A stretch of 11,747 bases of DNA from Candidatus Krumholzibacteriia bacterium (GCA_046484865.1 JAWOID010000117.1:1-11747); one strand, 5' to 3'; shown: positions 1 to 6,913, counted from the first letter of the stretch. The notes: generated from the letters alone by a model not told the origin. Program-made: numbers and translations.

Positions 1-137
1 TCGACGAGATCCTCTCGCACCGTCTCTTCCGCAGCCACGTCCAGCTCCCTCCCCGATGGGCGGCTTACTACGAGCAGCAGGTCGTCACGCGGGCGCTGCC
101 GCGCAACCGGGTGCACGACCTGAAGTATGCGTTCTGA
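1..137 (+). CDS. 3' end of an unidentified protein (partial, runs off the left edge)
   Basis: Open frame from 3 reads DEILSHRLFRSHVQLPPRWAAYYEQQVVTRALPRNRVHDLKYAF then TGA at 135-137. Third codon positions are GC-rich like the other genes, and the sequence becomes more AT-rich right after the stop. Confidence 0.7.
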   Translation, partial: DEILSHRLFRSHVQLPPRWAAYYEQQVVTRALPRNRVHDLKYAF

Positions 138-185
138 AAACAGGTGGGAAGCTATCGGGCCCCCGTGTGCACAATCTTCGATCCA

Positions 186-198
186 TAACGAGTTGATA
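186..198 (-). promoter_or_regulatory. IHF-consensus site
   Basis: Minus strand reads TATCAACTCGTTA, an exact match to WATCAANNNNTTR, in an AT-rich intergenic patch of a GC-rich sequence. Confidence 0.4.
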
Positions 199-203
199 AG
201 GGC

Positions 204-231
204 TTGTCTCCGGTGTGCGATCTGATAACTT
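204..231 (+). promoter_or_regulatory. Putative sigma70-type promoter of the REC/TauE operon
   Basis: TTGTCT (204-209), 16-nt spacer, TAACTT (226-231) preceded by TGn (extended -10), about 50 nt upstream of the GTG start at 284. Confidence 0.35.
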
Positions 232-283
232 TGGTGCGACTCGCCGCCCGCCCTGCGGCGGAATCCTGTGCCGGAGGTCCACC

Positions 284-772
284 GTGAGCAAGGCCATCAG
301 GCTCCTGATCGTGGATGACGAGACGGAGTTCCTCGCTGCCGTCGAGGAGCGGCTCGGTCACCGCGGTTTCGACATCGTCACCGCCGACAGCGGCGAGGCG
401 GCCATTGCCGCCTCCGAGCACCAGAAGTTCGATCTCGCCCTCGTCGATCTGCAGATGCCGGGCATGGACGGCCGAACCCTCCTGGCGGCCCTCAAGGAGC
501 GGCACCGCTACCTCGAGGTGATCATGCTCACCGGCCACGGATCGATCGACTCCGCGGTGGAGTGTACCAAGCTGGGGGCCTTCGATTACCTCACCAAGCC
601 GTGTCCGATCGATCATCTGGTGCAGGTCCTCCGCGCCGCGTACGAACACCGTCTGCGCCGCAAATTCGAGCAGGACAGCAAGCGGATCGAGGAACTGGGT
701 CGCATCGCTCTGGGCGAGAGTCCGCTGGGCATCATGAAGCGGATGCGAGAGCTGGACGACGACGAACGGTAG
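284..772 (+). CDS. Response regulator 1: receiver domain plus ~40-aa helical C-terminal tail, no DNA-binding domain (162 aa)
   Basis: GGAGG at 273-277 lies 6 nt before GTG 284. REC motifs LLIVDDE, VDLQMPGMDG (phospho-Asp), MLTGHGS, YLTKP. Confidence 0.92.
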   Translation: MSKAIRLLIVDDETEFLAAVEERLGHRGFDIVTADSGEAAIAASEHQKFDLALVDLQMPGMDGRTLLAALKERHRYLEVIMLTGHGSIDSAVECTKLGAFDYLTKPCPIDHLVQVLRAAYEHRLRRKFEQDSKRIEELGRIALGESPLGIMKRMRELDDDER

Positions 773-811
773 TCCCGCTGGCATCCCTGCAGCCGACCCG
801 GAGGTCATGCC

Positions 812-1966
812 ACGGTCAAGCACGCCACCCTGGGCGGCATCCGCGTTCTCGCACTGACACTCGCTCTCGCGGTGGTCCCGCCGGGCTGGGCGGGCGGTAC
901 GGGACTGGCGCACGCCGCAGATACCGATCCCGCCCCGGCCCCCGCCATCGATTTCCACTCCGGGACCGATGTCGATGGCGCTCCCGATGCCGCCGCGACC
1001 GGCACCGTCGCCCCCGGGTCCGGGGTCGATGGCGCTCCCGTCGCCGCCGCGTTCGGCGCTGTCGCCACCGATGCCGCCGCCGGAGCGGGGCCGGCTGCCG
1101 CGCGCGGGGACGACGGGGACGATGCGCCCTGGTGGAAGTGGCCGCTGATCCTGCTGGTGACGACGTTCGGCATGGGGGTGGTGGCCGTGCTCGGGGGGGT
1201 CGGAGGCGGCGTCCTGTACGTCCCCATTATCAGCGGCTTCTTCCCCTTCCATATCGATTTCGTGCGCGGCGCCGGTCTGCTGGTGGCGCTCTCCGGGGCG
1301 CTGGCGGCGGGGCCGGGTCTGCTGAAGGCGAACCTCGCCAGTCTGCGGCTGGCGATCCCGGTGGCCCTGATCGCCTCGAGCTGTGCGATCGTGGGCGCCA
1401 TGGTGGGCCTGGCCTTGCCGACGAAGGTGGTGCAGATCACGCTGGGGGCGACGATCCTGGCCATCTGCGTGCTGATGCTGGTGGCGAAGAAGTCGGTCCG
1501 TCCGGTGGTGCCCGCACCCGATCGGCTGTCCGCCGCACTGCGCATCTACGGCGTCTACTACGAGCCGAGCGCCCGCGAGGCCGTCGACTGGCAGGTCCAT
1601 CGCACGCCGCTGGGGTTGATTCTGTTCATCTTCATCGGCGTGCTCGCCGGCATGTTCGGCCTGGGCGCGGGCTGGGCGAACGTCCCGGTACTGAACCTGC
1701 TGATGGGAGCGCCGCTGAAGATCAGCGTGGCCACCAGCAAGTTCCTGCTCTCCATCACCGACACCTCCGCAGCCTGGATCTATCTGAACCAGGGAGCCGT
1801 GATCCCGCTGATCGTGGTTCCCTCGCTGGTCGGAATCATGCTGGGCTCCTTCGTCGGCGTGCGGGTGCTGCGGGTGGTCAACCCGTCGATGGTGCGCTGG
1901 ATCGTGATCGCCATCCTCGCCTTTGCCGGGCTGAAGTCTCTCACCAAGGGGCTGGGCTGGGGCTAG
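812..1966 (+). CDS. Sulfite exporter TauE/SafE (TSUP) family transporter with N-terminal signal peptide and low-complexity linker; start uncertain (ACG 812, CTG 830 or GTG 872)
   Basis: About 8 hydrophobic segments and the twice-repeated TSUP motif (LGGVGGGVLYVP; FGLGAGWANVP), plus P.K.SVATS. The frame is open from 773, and GGAGG at 800-804 precedes an in-frame ACG at 812. Confidence 0.88.
   Translation, partial: TVKHATLGGIRVLALTLALAVVPPGWAGGTGLAHAADTDPAPAPAIDFHSGTDVDGAPDAAATGTVAPGSGVDGAPVAAAFGAVATDAAAGAGPAAARGDDGDDAPWWKWPLILLVTTFGMGVVAVLGGVGGGVLYVPIISGFFPFHIDFVRGAGLLVALSGALAAGPGLLKANLASLRLAIPVALIASSCAIVGAMVGLALPTKVVQITLGATILAICVLMLVAKKSVRPVVPAPDRLSAALRIYGVYYEPSAREAVDWQVHRTPLGLILFIFIGVLAGMFGLGAGWANVPVLNLLMGAPLKISVATSKFLLSITDTSAAWIYLNQGAVIPLIVVPSLVGIMLGSFVGVRVLRVVNPSMVRWIVIAILAFAGLKSLTKGLGWG
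971..1070 (+). repeat. Imperfect 54-bp (18-aa) tandem duplication in the TauE N-terminal linker
   Basis: GTCGATGGCGCTCCCG at 971 and 1025, with continuing similarity; encodes VDGAPDAAATGTVAP / VDGAPVAAAFGAVAT. Confidence 0.8.
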
Positions 1967-1991
1967 CCGGACCCACAGGCGACGGGTCCGG
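1967..1991. other. Intergenic hairpin (8-bp stem, no U-tract)
   Basis: CCGGACCC (1967-1974) and GGGTCCGG (1984-1991) immediately after the TauE stop. Confidence 0.5.
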
Positions 1992-2034
1992 AGCGCAGGT
2001 TCCGGGCCGGACACACTCGAGAGGTTCGATCTGC

Positions 2035-2466
2035 ATGGCCGAATCACCGCGACCGATCCTGAGGGCCAGCCCCGAGCAGCGGAGCTACGCCGCCATCCTG
2101 GAGAAGGGCATGCTGCTGGGGCTGCTGCTCCTGCTGCTGACCTACCTCGTGTACGTCACCGGTCTGCTGAAACCGTACGTTCCACTCTCCATGCTGCCCG
2201 AGTACTGGGGCCACGAGGTGGGCCACTACCTCCACGAGGCGCAGGTGCCGATCGGGTGGAGCTGGGTAACCCTGTTGCGTTACGGCGACTTCCTCAACTT
2301 CCTGGGGATCGCCACCCTGGCCGGCACCTCGATCATCTGCTACGCTCGCATCCTGCCGCGCCTGTGGCGTGGCGGTGACCGCGTCTACGCCCTGCTGGCG
2401 GTCCTGCAGATCCTGGTGCTCTGTCTGGCCGCGAGCGGGTTCCTGGGCAGCTCGGGTGGGCATTGA
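2035..2466 (+). CDS. DUF1634-like small membrane protein, partner of TauE (143 aa)
   Basis: GAGG at 2021-2024 upstream of ATG 2035. Three hydrophobic helices and motifs EQ..YA.IL, P.YW, P.GWSW...L.YGDFLNF.GI..L. Lies directly after a TauE gene, the usual context of DUF1634. Confidence 0.8.
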   Translation: MAESPRPILRASPEQRSYAAILEKGMLLGLLLLLLTYLVYVTGLLKPYVPLSMLPEYWGHEVGHYLHEAQVPIGWSWVTLLRYGDFLNFLGIATLAGTSIICYARILPRLWRGGDRVYALLAVLQILVLCLAASGFLGSSGGH

Positions 2467-2532
2467 CGCAGGTCGTGCGATCGTGCCGACGTGCGGCCGC
2501 GTGCGTATCATGAAAGAGCGGGAGGATCCCCG

Positions 2533-3051
2533 ATGAAGGACTTCAAGGTACTGCTCGTCGACGACGAGGAGGACTTCGTCCGGAGTCTCGCCGAGCGCAT
2601 CGAGATGCGCGACGTGAGACCCGACGTGGCGCTGGACGGAGAGGAGGCGCTGGAGAAGATCCGGCGCGAGGCGCCCGACGTCATGGTCCTGGACCTGAAG
2701 ATGCCGGGCATGCACGGCCTGGAGGTGCTCGAGAAGGTCAAGAAGGCCTTTCCGGACCTGCAGGTGGTCATCCTCACCGGACACGGCACCACGCGGGACG
2801 AGGACGATGCCCGCCGTCTAGGCGCGTATGCCTACCTGAAGAAGCCGGTGGCGCTGGACAAGCTCATGCAGACGGTCACGGAAGCCTACCGGCACAAGGT
2901 GGAGTTGACGATGGCCGCCTCGGCGCTGGCCGAGGGCGGCGACTTCGATTCCGCGCGGGAGATGCTCGACAGGCAAGAGGCCGAGAAGCGCAAGCGCAAG
3001 GACAAGGGCAAGGACAAGGACAAGGACAAGGACAAGAAGAAGAAGCCGTAG
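2533..3051 (+). CDS. Response regulator 2: receiver plus MAAxAxAExG motif and Lys/Asp-rich tail (172 aa)
   Basis: GGAGG at 2521-2525 and ATG 2533. REC motifs VLLVDDE, LDLKMPGM, ILTGHG, YLKKP. Confidence 0.92.
   Translation: MKDFKVLLVDDEEDFVRSLAERIEMRDVRPDVALDGEEALEKIRREAPDVMVLDLKMPGMHGLEVLEKVKKAFPDLQVVILTGHGTTRDEDDARRLGAYAYLKKPVALDKLMQTVTEAYRHKVELTMAASALAEGGDFDSAREMLDRQEAEKRKRKDKGKDKDKDKDKKKKP
3001..3045 (+). repeat. Coding microsatellite (GACAAG)n followed by (AAG)3
   Basis: GACAAG GGCAAG GACAAG GACAAG GACAAG GACAAG AAGAAGAAG, encoding DKGKDKDKDKDKKKK. Confidence 0.85.
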
Positions 3052-3077
3052 TAGGCCGAAAGCCAGGGGCGTGAACC

Positions 3078-3692
3078 GTGAGTCGACGCATCCAGTTGCT
3101 TTTCGTCGACGACGAACCCGACTTCGTCGAGTACATGACGCGGCGCCTGGAACGCCACGATCTGGAGGTGGCGGCGTACACGAGCGCGGTGCAGGCACTG
3201 GAGGAAACCCGGGACCGCCGTTTCGATGTCGGGCTCCTGGACCTGAAGATGCCCGAGATGATGGGGGACGAGCTGCTCGAGCGCCTGAAGGAGCGCGACC
3301 CCGGCATGGAGGTCATCATACTCACCGGGCACGGGAGCATCGAATCGGCCTTCCGCACCGGCCAGATGCAGGCCTACGAGTACCTGCTCAAGCCCTGCGA
3401 CTTCGAGGCGCTCGTCCGCGCCATCAACAGCGCCTATGCCCGGCGGATCAAGGAGCAGCACGGAGATCGGGCGCCGCAGGTGGACAGCCTCATGAAGCGG
3501 GCGCTCAGCATGAGCCCGCTCGACGTGCTCGCCGAGCTCAAGCGGATCAACGACAGCGTGGGGCAGAGCATGGCGGCCACGGCGTTCGCCGAGAGCGGCG
3601 AGCACGACACCGCGCGCGAGATGATGGAGGGGGAATCCGGTCCCGAGCGCGGCAAGAGCGGCACCCAGGCCCCCGACCCGGACGACAGCTGA
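3078..3692 (+). CDS. Response regulator 3: receiver plus composite C-terminal tail (204 aa)
   Basis: AGGGG upstream of GTG 3078. REC motifs LLFVDDE, LDLKMPEM, ILTGHGS, YLLKP. Confidence 0.92.
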   Translation: MSRRIQLLFVDDEPDFVEYMTRRLERHDLEVAAYTSAVQALEETRDRRFDVGLLDLKMPEMMGDELLERLKERDPGMEVIILTGHGSIESAFRTGQMQAYEYLLKPCDFEALVRAINSAYARRIKEQHGDRAPQVDSLMKRALSMSPLDVLAELKRINDSVGQSMAATAFAESGEHDTAREMMEGESGPERGKSGTQAPDPDDS

Positions 3693-3701
3693 CCGCAGAT
3701 C

Positions 3702-3733
3702 GCCGGGGCGGGCCGATACCCGCACGCCCCGGC
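3702..3733. terminator. GC-rich hairpin between convergent operons (possible terminator)
   Basis: GCCGGGGCG (3702-3710) and CGCCCCGGC (3725-3733) fill most of the 42-nt gap between two stop codons. There is no real U-tract. Confidence 0.45.
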
Positions 3734-3734
3734 T

Positions 3735-4421
3735 TCAATCGCGGGTTCCCACCGTCCAGCGAAGTGTGATCCGGGCGCCGCCCGCGGCGGCCCCGGGCTC
3801 CACGTCCGCTTGCACACCGAGGTCCCCCGCCAGTCCCAGCAGACTGTCCTGCAGTTCCAGGCTGTCGGAAGCGGCATCCAGCGGGTCGGAGCTGCCGATC
3901 ACCACCTTCGCCGTCCCGGGCGTGGTCTGCAGCGCCATCTGCACCGAGCGCCCTCGCCCGCCGCCGGCGAGCGCCAGTTCCACGCCACGGTAGATCACCC
4001 GCAGCACGCGGAAGCCGCGGCTGGTGACGGTCACGGGCTCGGCGGGCACGGTGCAGGACAGTTCCGCCCGGCGCAGCACGGCCATCCGCTGCGCGAGGGC
4101 TTCCACCGCTGACACGGCAGCCGTCAGGTCCACCGGCCCGCGCGGCTCGTCGACCGCATGGGCGAACTCGTTGAGGCGGTCGACGTAACCGACACCGCGT
4201 TCCACCTGTCGCTGGATCCGACCCGCCACATCGGCCAGCTTCTGCGGCGCCACCGGACGGTCCTCGCCGGCAGCCCGGGCCAGATCGTCCAGCAGCCCGT
4301 TCAACTCCGCGACGACCGAGAGCACGTTGTTGATCTGGTGCGTGACGCTGGCGGTGACCTGGCCGAAGAACTCCAGGTCCTCGCCCAGGCGTGCGTCCTC
4401 GGTCCGATCCAGCCCGCTCAT
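3735..4421 (-). CDS. Sensorless HisKA protein with degenerate HATPase domain; probable histidine phosphotransferase/pseudokinase (228 aa)
   Basis: H-box FFGQVTASVTHQINNVL, followed by VER...LNEFAH and VDL segments colinear with the neighbouring kinase. The N-box Asn, DxGxG, F and G2 boxes are missing. ATGA overlap with the upstream receiver gene. Confidence 0.8.
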   Translation of the reverse strand: MSGLDRTEDARLGEDLEFFGQVTASVTHQINNVLSVVAELNGLLDDLARAAGEDRPVAPQKLADVAGRIQRQVERGVGYVDRLNEFAHAVDEPRGPVDLTAAVSAVEALAQRMAVLRRAELSCTVPAEPVTVTSRGFRVLRVIYRGVELALAGGGRGRSVQMALQTTPGTAKVVIGSSDPLDAASDSLELQDSLLGLAGDLGVQADVEPGAAAGGARITLRWTVGTRD

Positions 4422-4804
4422 GGTCGACCGTCGCGGCGGCGTCCGGCCGCCCGCTGAATCATGTCCACCAGGATGTCGATCTTCACCGGCTTGAGCACGT
4501 ACTCGAAGGCTCCGAGATTCAAGCCGTCCTCCGCGCTGCGGGCCGAACTGTGGCCGGTGAGCAGGATGACCTGCACCTCGGGGCGCCGCGCCTTGATGCG
4601 CTCGATCACCTCCAGACCGCCCAGGCCGGGCATCTTGACGTCGAGCACGACCACGTCGAAGTCGTCCTGCTCCAGGCGCGCCAGCGCCGCGGCGCCCGAG
4701 GTCACGCCCTCGGCGGGGAACCCACGGAAGTGCAGGCGCTCGGTCAACGTGGAGGTCAGCTCCTCCTCGTCGTCCACAACCAGCACGCGGGTGATCTCGC
4801 TCAT
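4418..4804 (-). CDS. Single-domain CheY-like response regulator 4 (128 aa)
   Basis: AGGAG overlapping the kinase stop, 6 nt before ATG. Motifs VLVVDDE, LDVKMPGL, LLTGHS, YVLKP. Confidence 0.93.
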   Translation of the reverse strand: MSEITRVLVVDDEEELTSTLTERLHFRGFPAEGVTSGAAALARLEQDDFDVVVLDVKMPGLGGLEVIERIKARRPEVQVILLTGHSSARSAEDGLNLGAFEYVLKPVKIDILVDMIQRAAGRRRDGRP

Positions 4805-4813
4805 GGCCGTCTC

Positions 4814-6550
4814 CTAGGGGGCGGGGGCCTCGAGGGGGAGCTCGACGACGAAGCGCGTCTCGCGGCCCGGGTCGCTGGTCACCGCGATGTCCCCTCCCAG
4901 TTTCTTGATGATGCCGTAAGTGATCGAGAGTCCCAGGCCGGTGCCGTAGCCGGCCTTGGTGGTGAAGAACGGCTCGAAGATCAGGTCGAGGTTTTCCGGA
5001 GCGATGCCGCTGCCGTTGTCGGTGACCTCCACGGCCACACGATCGGGGCCGGAACGGCGCAGCACCACGGTGATGCGGCCGGTCCGGTCGGGCACGGCGG
5101 CCAGGGCGTTGTTGACCAGGTTGAGGAACACCTGCTCGAGTTGCCCGCGGTCGCTCTCGATCAGCGGCAGGTCGTCCGCGGACTGCACCGTGACCGCCAC
5201 CTGGCGGTGGTGCGCCTCCTTCTCGAGGAAGCCGAGCACCTCACCGATCATGTCGTGCAGCGAGATGTGCTCGTGCTCCACCTCGATGTGCCTGGCGAAC
5301 CCCAGCAGGCGGTGGGTGACGCGGCTGGCGCGCTCCACCGAGTGGCTGATGGAGTCCATGGCCTTGAGGATGCGCTCCCGGTGAGGGAAGCCGTTGCCTG
5401 CCCCGACGATGTCCTCGATGAGGCCGGCGTTCTCCCCGATGATGGCCAGGGGGTTGTTCACCTCGTGAGCCACGCCGGCGGCGAGCCGGCCGATGGTGGC
5501 CATGCGCTGCGTGTACTCGGCCTTGTGCATCACCGCGGCGCGCCGCTCGTCGGCCACCCGGACGCGCCGCACCAGCACCGTGGCGCTCAGCCACACGACC
5601 GCCAGGATGAGTAACGCGCTCGCGGCCGCGAAGCCGATCAGTTCCCGCTGGGTGCTGCGCAGGTTGGCCAGCAGCGCCTCGGGATTGCCGGTGAGGATGA
5701 AGATGAAGGGCGAATGCTCCACGTAGGAATAGCCCAGCAGCAGGGGGCGGCCGTTCGAGCCGCGACTCTCCAGCACCTCGGTGTCCTGGCTGAAGGGCGG
5801 TACCGGGAACGGCAGCGTGTCCAGCACTGCCCCGTACTGCCGGCTGGGCGTCTGCAGGCGTCCCGCCTGATTCACGAGGAAGGCGTCGCTCGCAGGGTGG
5901 CGCAAGCTGATCTCGCGAATGCGGCGGGCCAGTTCCTCGCTGTCGATCGTGGCGCGCAGGATGTACCAGTCGCCTTGCCGCCCCTCGTGCTTCACGGCGA
6001 TCACGAAGTGGGGGAAGTGACGGTACCCGAGGAAGACGTCGCTGACGTGGATGCCGCGCAGCCGCACCTCGTGGAACCAGTCCTGGTCCAGGTAGAGCTT
6101 GCCGCGTAGATCGTACGGTCCCACGTAGGAGCGCTGGCTGCCGCCGGAATCGATCACCCCGAGGTCGACGAAGCCGCCGAAGGCGCGGGAGAGATCACCG
6201 AAGACCTTCTGCAGGTGCTGTTCGTCGGTCAGGGCCGGCAGCGGCTGGCTGGCCACCACGAAGCGCAGGGCCGCGAGCCGTTCCTCGAGGAAGAACTCGA
6301 GGCTCTGAGTACCGTAGGTGGTCTGGCGGCCGATGGGGCCGAAGGCCTCGGCGCGGTACACGCGCTCGTACTGGACGCTGCTGACGGCGGTGATGATGAC
6401 GAGCGGCGCGATGGCGACGAGCGAGGCGGCAAGCACCACGTTGCGACGCAGCCGGCTGTAGCCGGGCTCCGGAACGGTCGCAGATTTACGGTCCTCGTCG
6501 TGCATGTGGTTCCGGCTCTGCGGCTGGAGGTCGGGTCCGCCCGCAACCAT
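4814..6550 (-). CDS. Membrane sensor histidine kinase, TM-Cache-TM-HisKA-HATPase_c, NtrB-like core (578 aa; alternative start 6505)
   Basis: Two TM helices flank a Cache-like region (Y.DQDWF, VSDVFLGYR..PHFVIAV). H-box AAGVAHEVNNPL, N-box QVFLNLVNNA, G1 DNGSGI, F-box IFEPFFTTK, G2 GTGLGLSI. Confidence 0.95.
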   Translation of the reverse strand: MVAGGPDLQPQSRNHMHDEDRKSATVPEPGYSRLRRNVVLAASLVAIAPLVIITAVSSVQYERVYRAEAFGPIGRQTTYGTQSLEFFLEERLAALRFVVASQPLPALTDEQHLQKVFGDLSRAFGGFVDLGVIDSGGSQRSYVGPYDLRGKLYLDQDWFHEVRLRGIHVSDVFLGYRHFPHFVIAVKHEGRQGDWYILRATIDSEELARRIREISLRHPASDAFLVNQAGRLQTPSRQYGAVLDTLPFPVPPFSQDTEVLESRGSNGRPLLLGYSYVEHSPFIFILTGNPEALLANLRSTQRELIGFAAASALLILAVVWLSATVLVRRVRVADERRAAVMHKAEYTQRMATIGRLAAGVAHEVNNPLAIIGENAGLIEDIVGAGNGFPHRERILKAMDSISHSVERASRVTHRLLGFARHIEVEHEHISLHDMIGEVLGFLEKEAHHRQVAVTVQSADDLPLIESDRGQLEQVFLNLVNNALAAVPDRTGRITVVLRRSGPDRVAVEVTDNGSGIAPENLDLIFEPFFTTKAGYGTGLGLSITYGIIKKLGGDIAVTSDPGRETRFVVELPLEAPAP

Positions 6551-6593
6551 ATCACCCCGGGTCTGGCGACGGAAACGACTTCCGCACCCGGCG

Positions 6594-6610
6594 GGAAAGA
6601 TGCGTGCCGG
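6594..6610 (-). promoter_or_regulatory. Possible sigma54 -24/-12 promoter of the kinase operon
   Basis: Minus strand CCGGCACGCATCTTTCC versus consensus YTGGCACGNNNNTTGCW. Spacing is correct, but -12 reads TTTC. About 45 nt upstream of ATG 6550. Confidence 0.35.
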
Positions 6611-6884
6611 CCCGTTGCACCGCGGCGATGCCGCGCGCAGCGCTCGCAGCCCGGTACGGCGCGGCGACTCCGCCTGGGACTTTCCCGAGGAACGGGCGAT
6701 GCCGAACGGGCCGGAAACGGCAGCGCGAAACCTCGCCCGCGAGTGACCTTCGATCCCGCGACTGCCGCCAAATCCTTTTCAATCGCGGCGATCGGGGAGT
6801 TCGCGTCGCGGCAGAATTGCCATGCGATCAGGACCGGCATCGACGTGCTTCCGCTGTTCCTCTTTTCGCCCGCTCGCGACCGCC

Positions 6885-6913
6885 TTGACGCGGTCGAGAA
6901 CGGCCCATAGGTT
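6885..6913 (+). promoter_or_regulatory. Putative sigma70 promoter of the large secreted protein gene
   Basis: TTGACG (6885-6890), 17-nt spacer, TAGGTT (6908-6913). Confidence 0.55.

Noticed and set aside
778..793. CTGGCAT-N-GC sigma54-like motif before TauE
   Set aside because: The -12 element is poor (CAGC), and the implied TSS near 805 would exclude the SD.
770..811. RR1 and TauE are in the same frame separated by a single TAG, suggesting amber readthrough into a REC-transporter fusion
   Set aside because: A separate SD and signal peptide follow the stop, same-frame neighbours arise one time in three by chance, and TAG is used as a normal stop elsewhere in the window.
152..2047. 631-aa minus-strand ORF, and other long antisense or alternate-frame ORFs (562-2034 extension, 4391-5614, 6779-9016, 7171-9120, 9173-10162, 9250-10293)
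   Set aside because: Shadow ORFs of high-GC genes: they overlap well-supported CDSs, have biased composition and lack recognisable motifs.
3735..4421. Pseudogene interpretation of the degenerate kinase
   Set aside because: The frame is uninterrupted, the H-box is preserved, codon usage is typical, and the start is coupled to the upstream stop.
6552..6910. Short ORFs in the divergent intergenic region
   Set aside because: Arg/Pro-rich, with no convincing SD or coding bias; the region looks regulatory.
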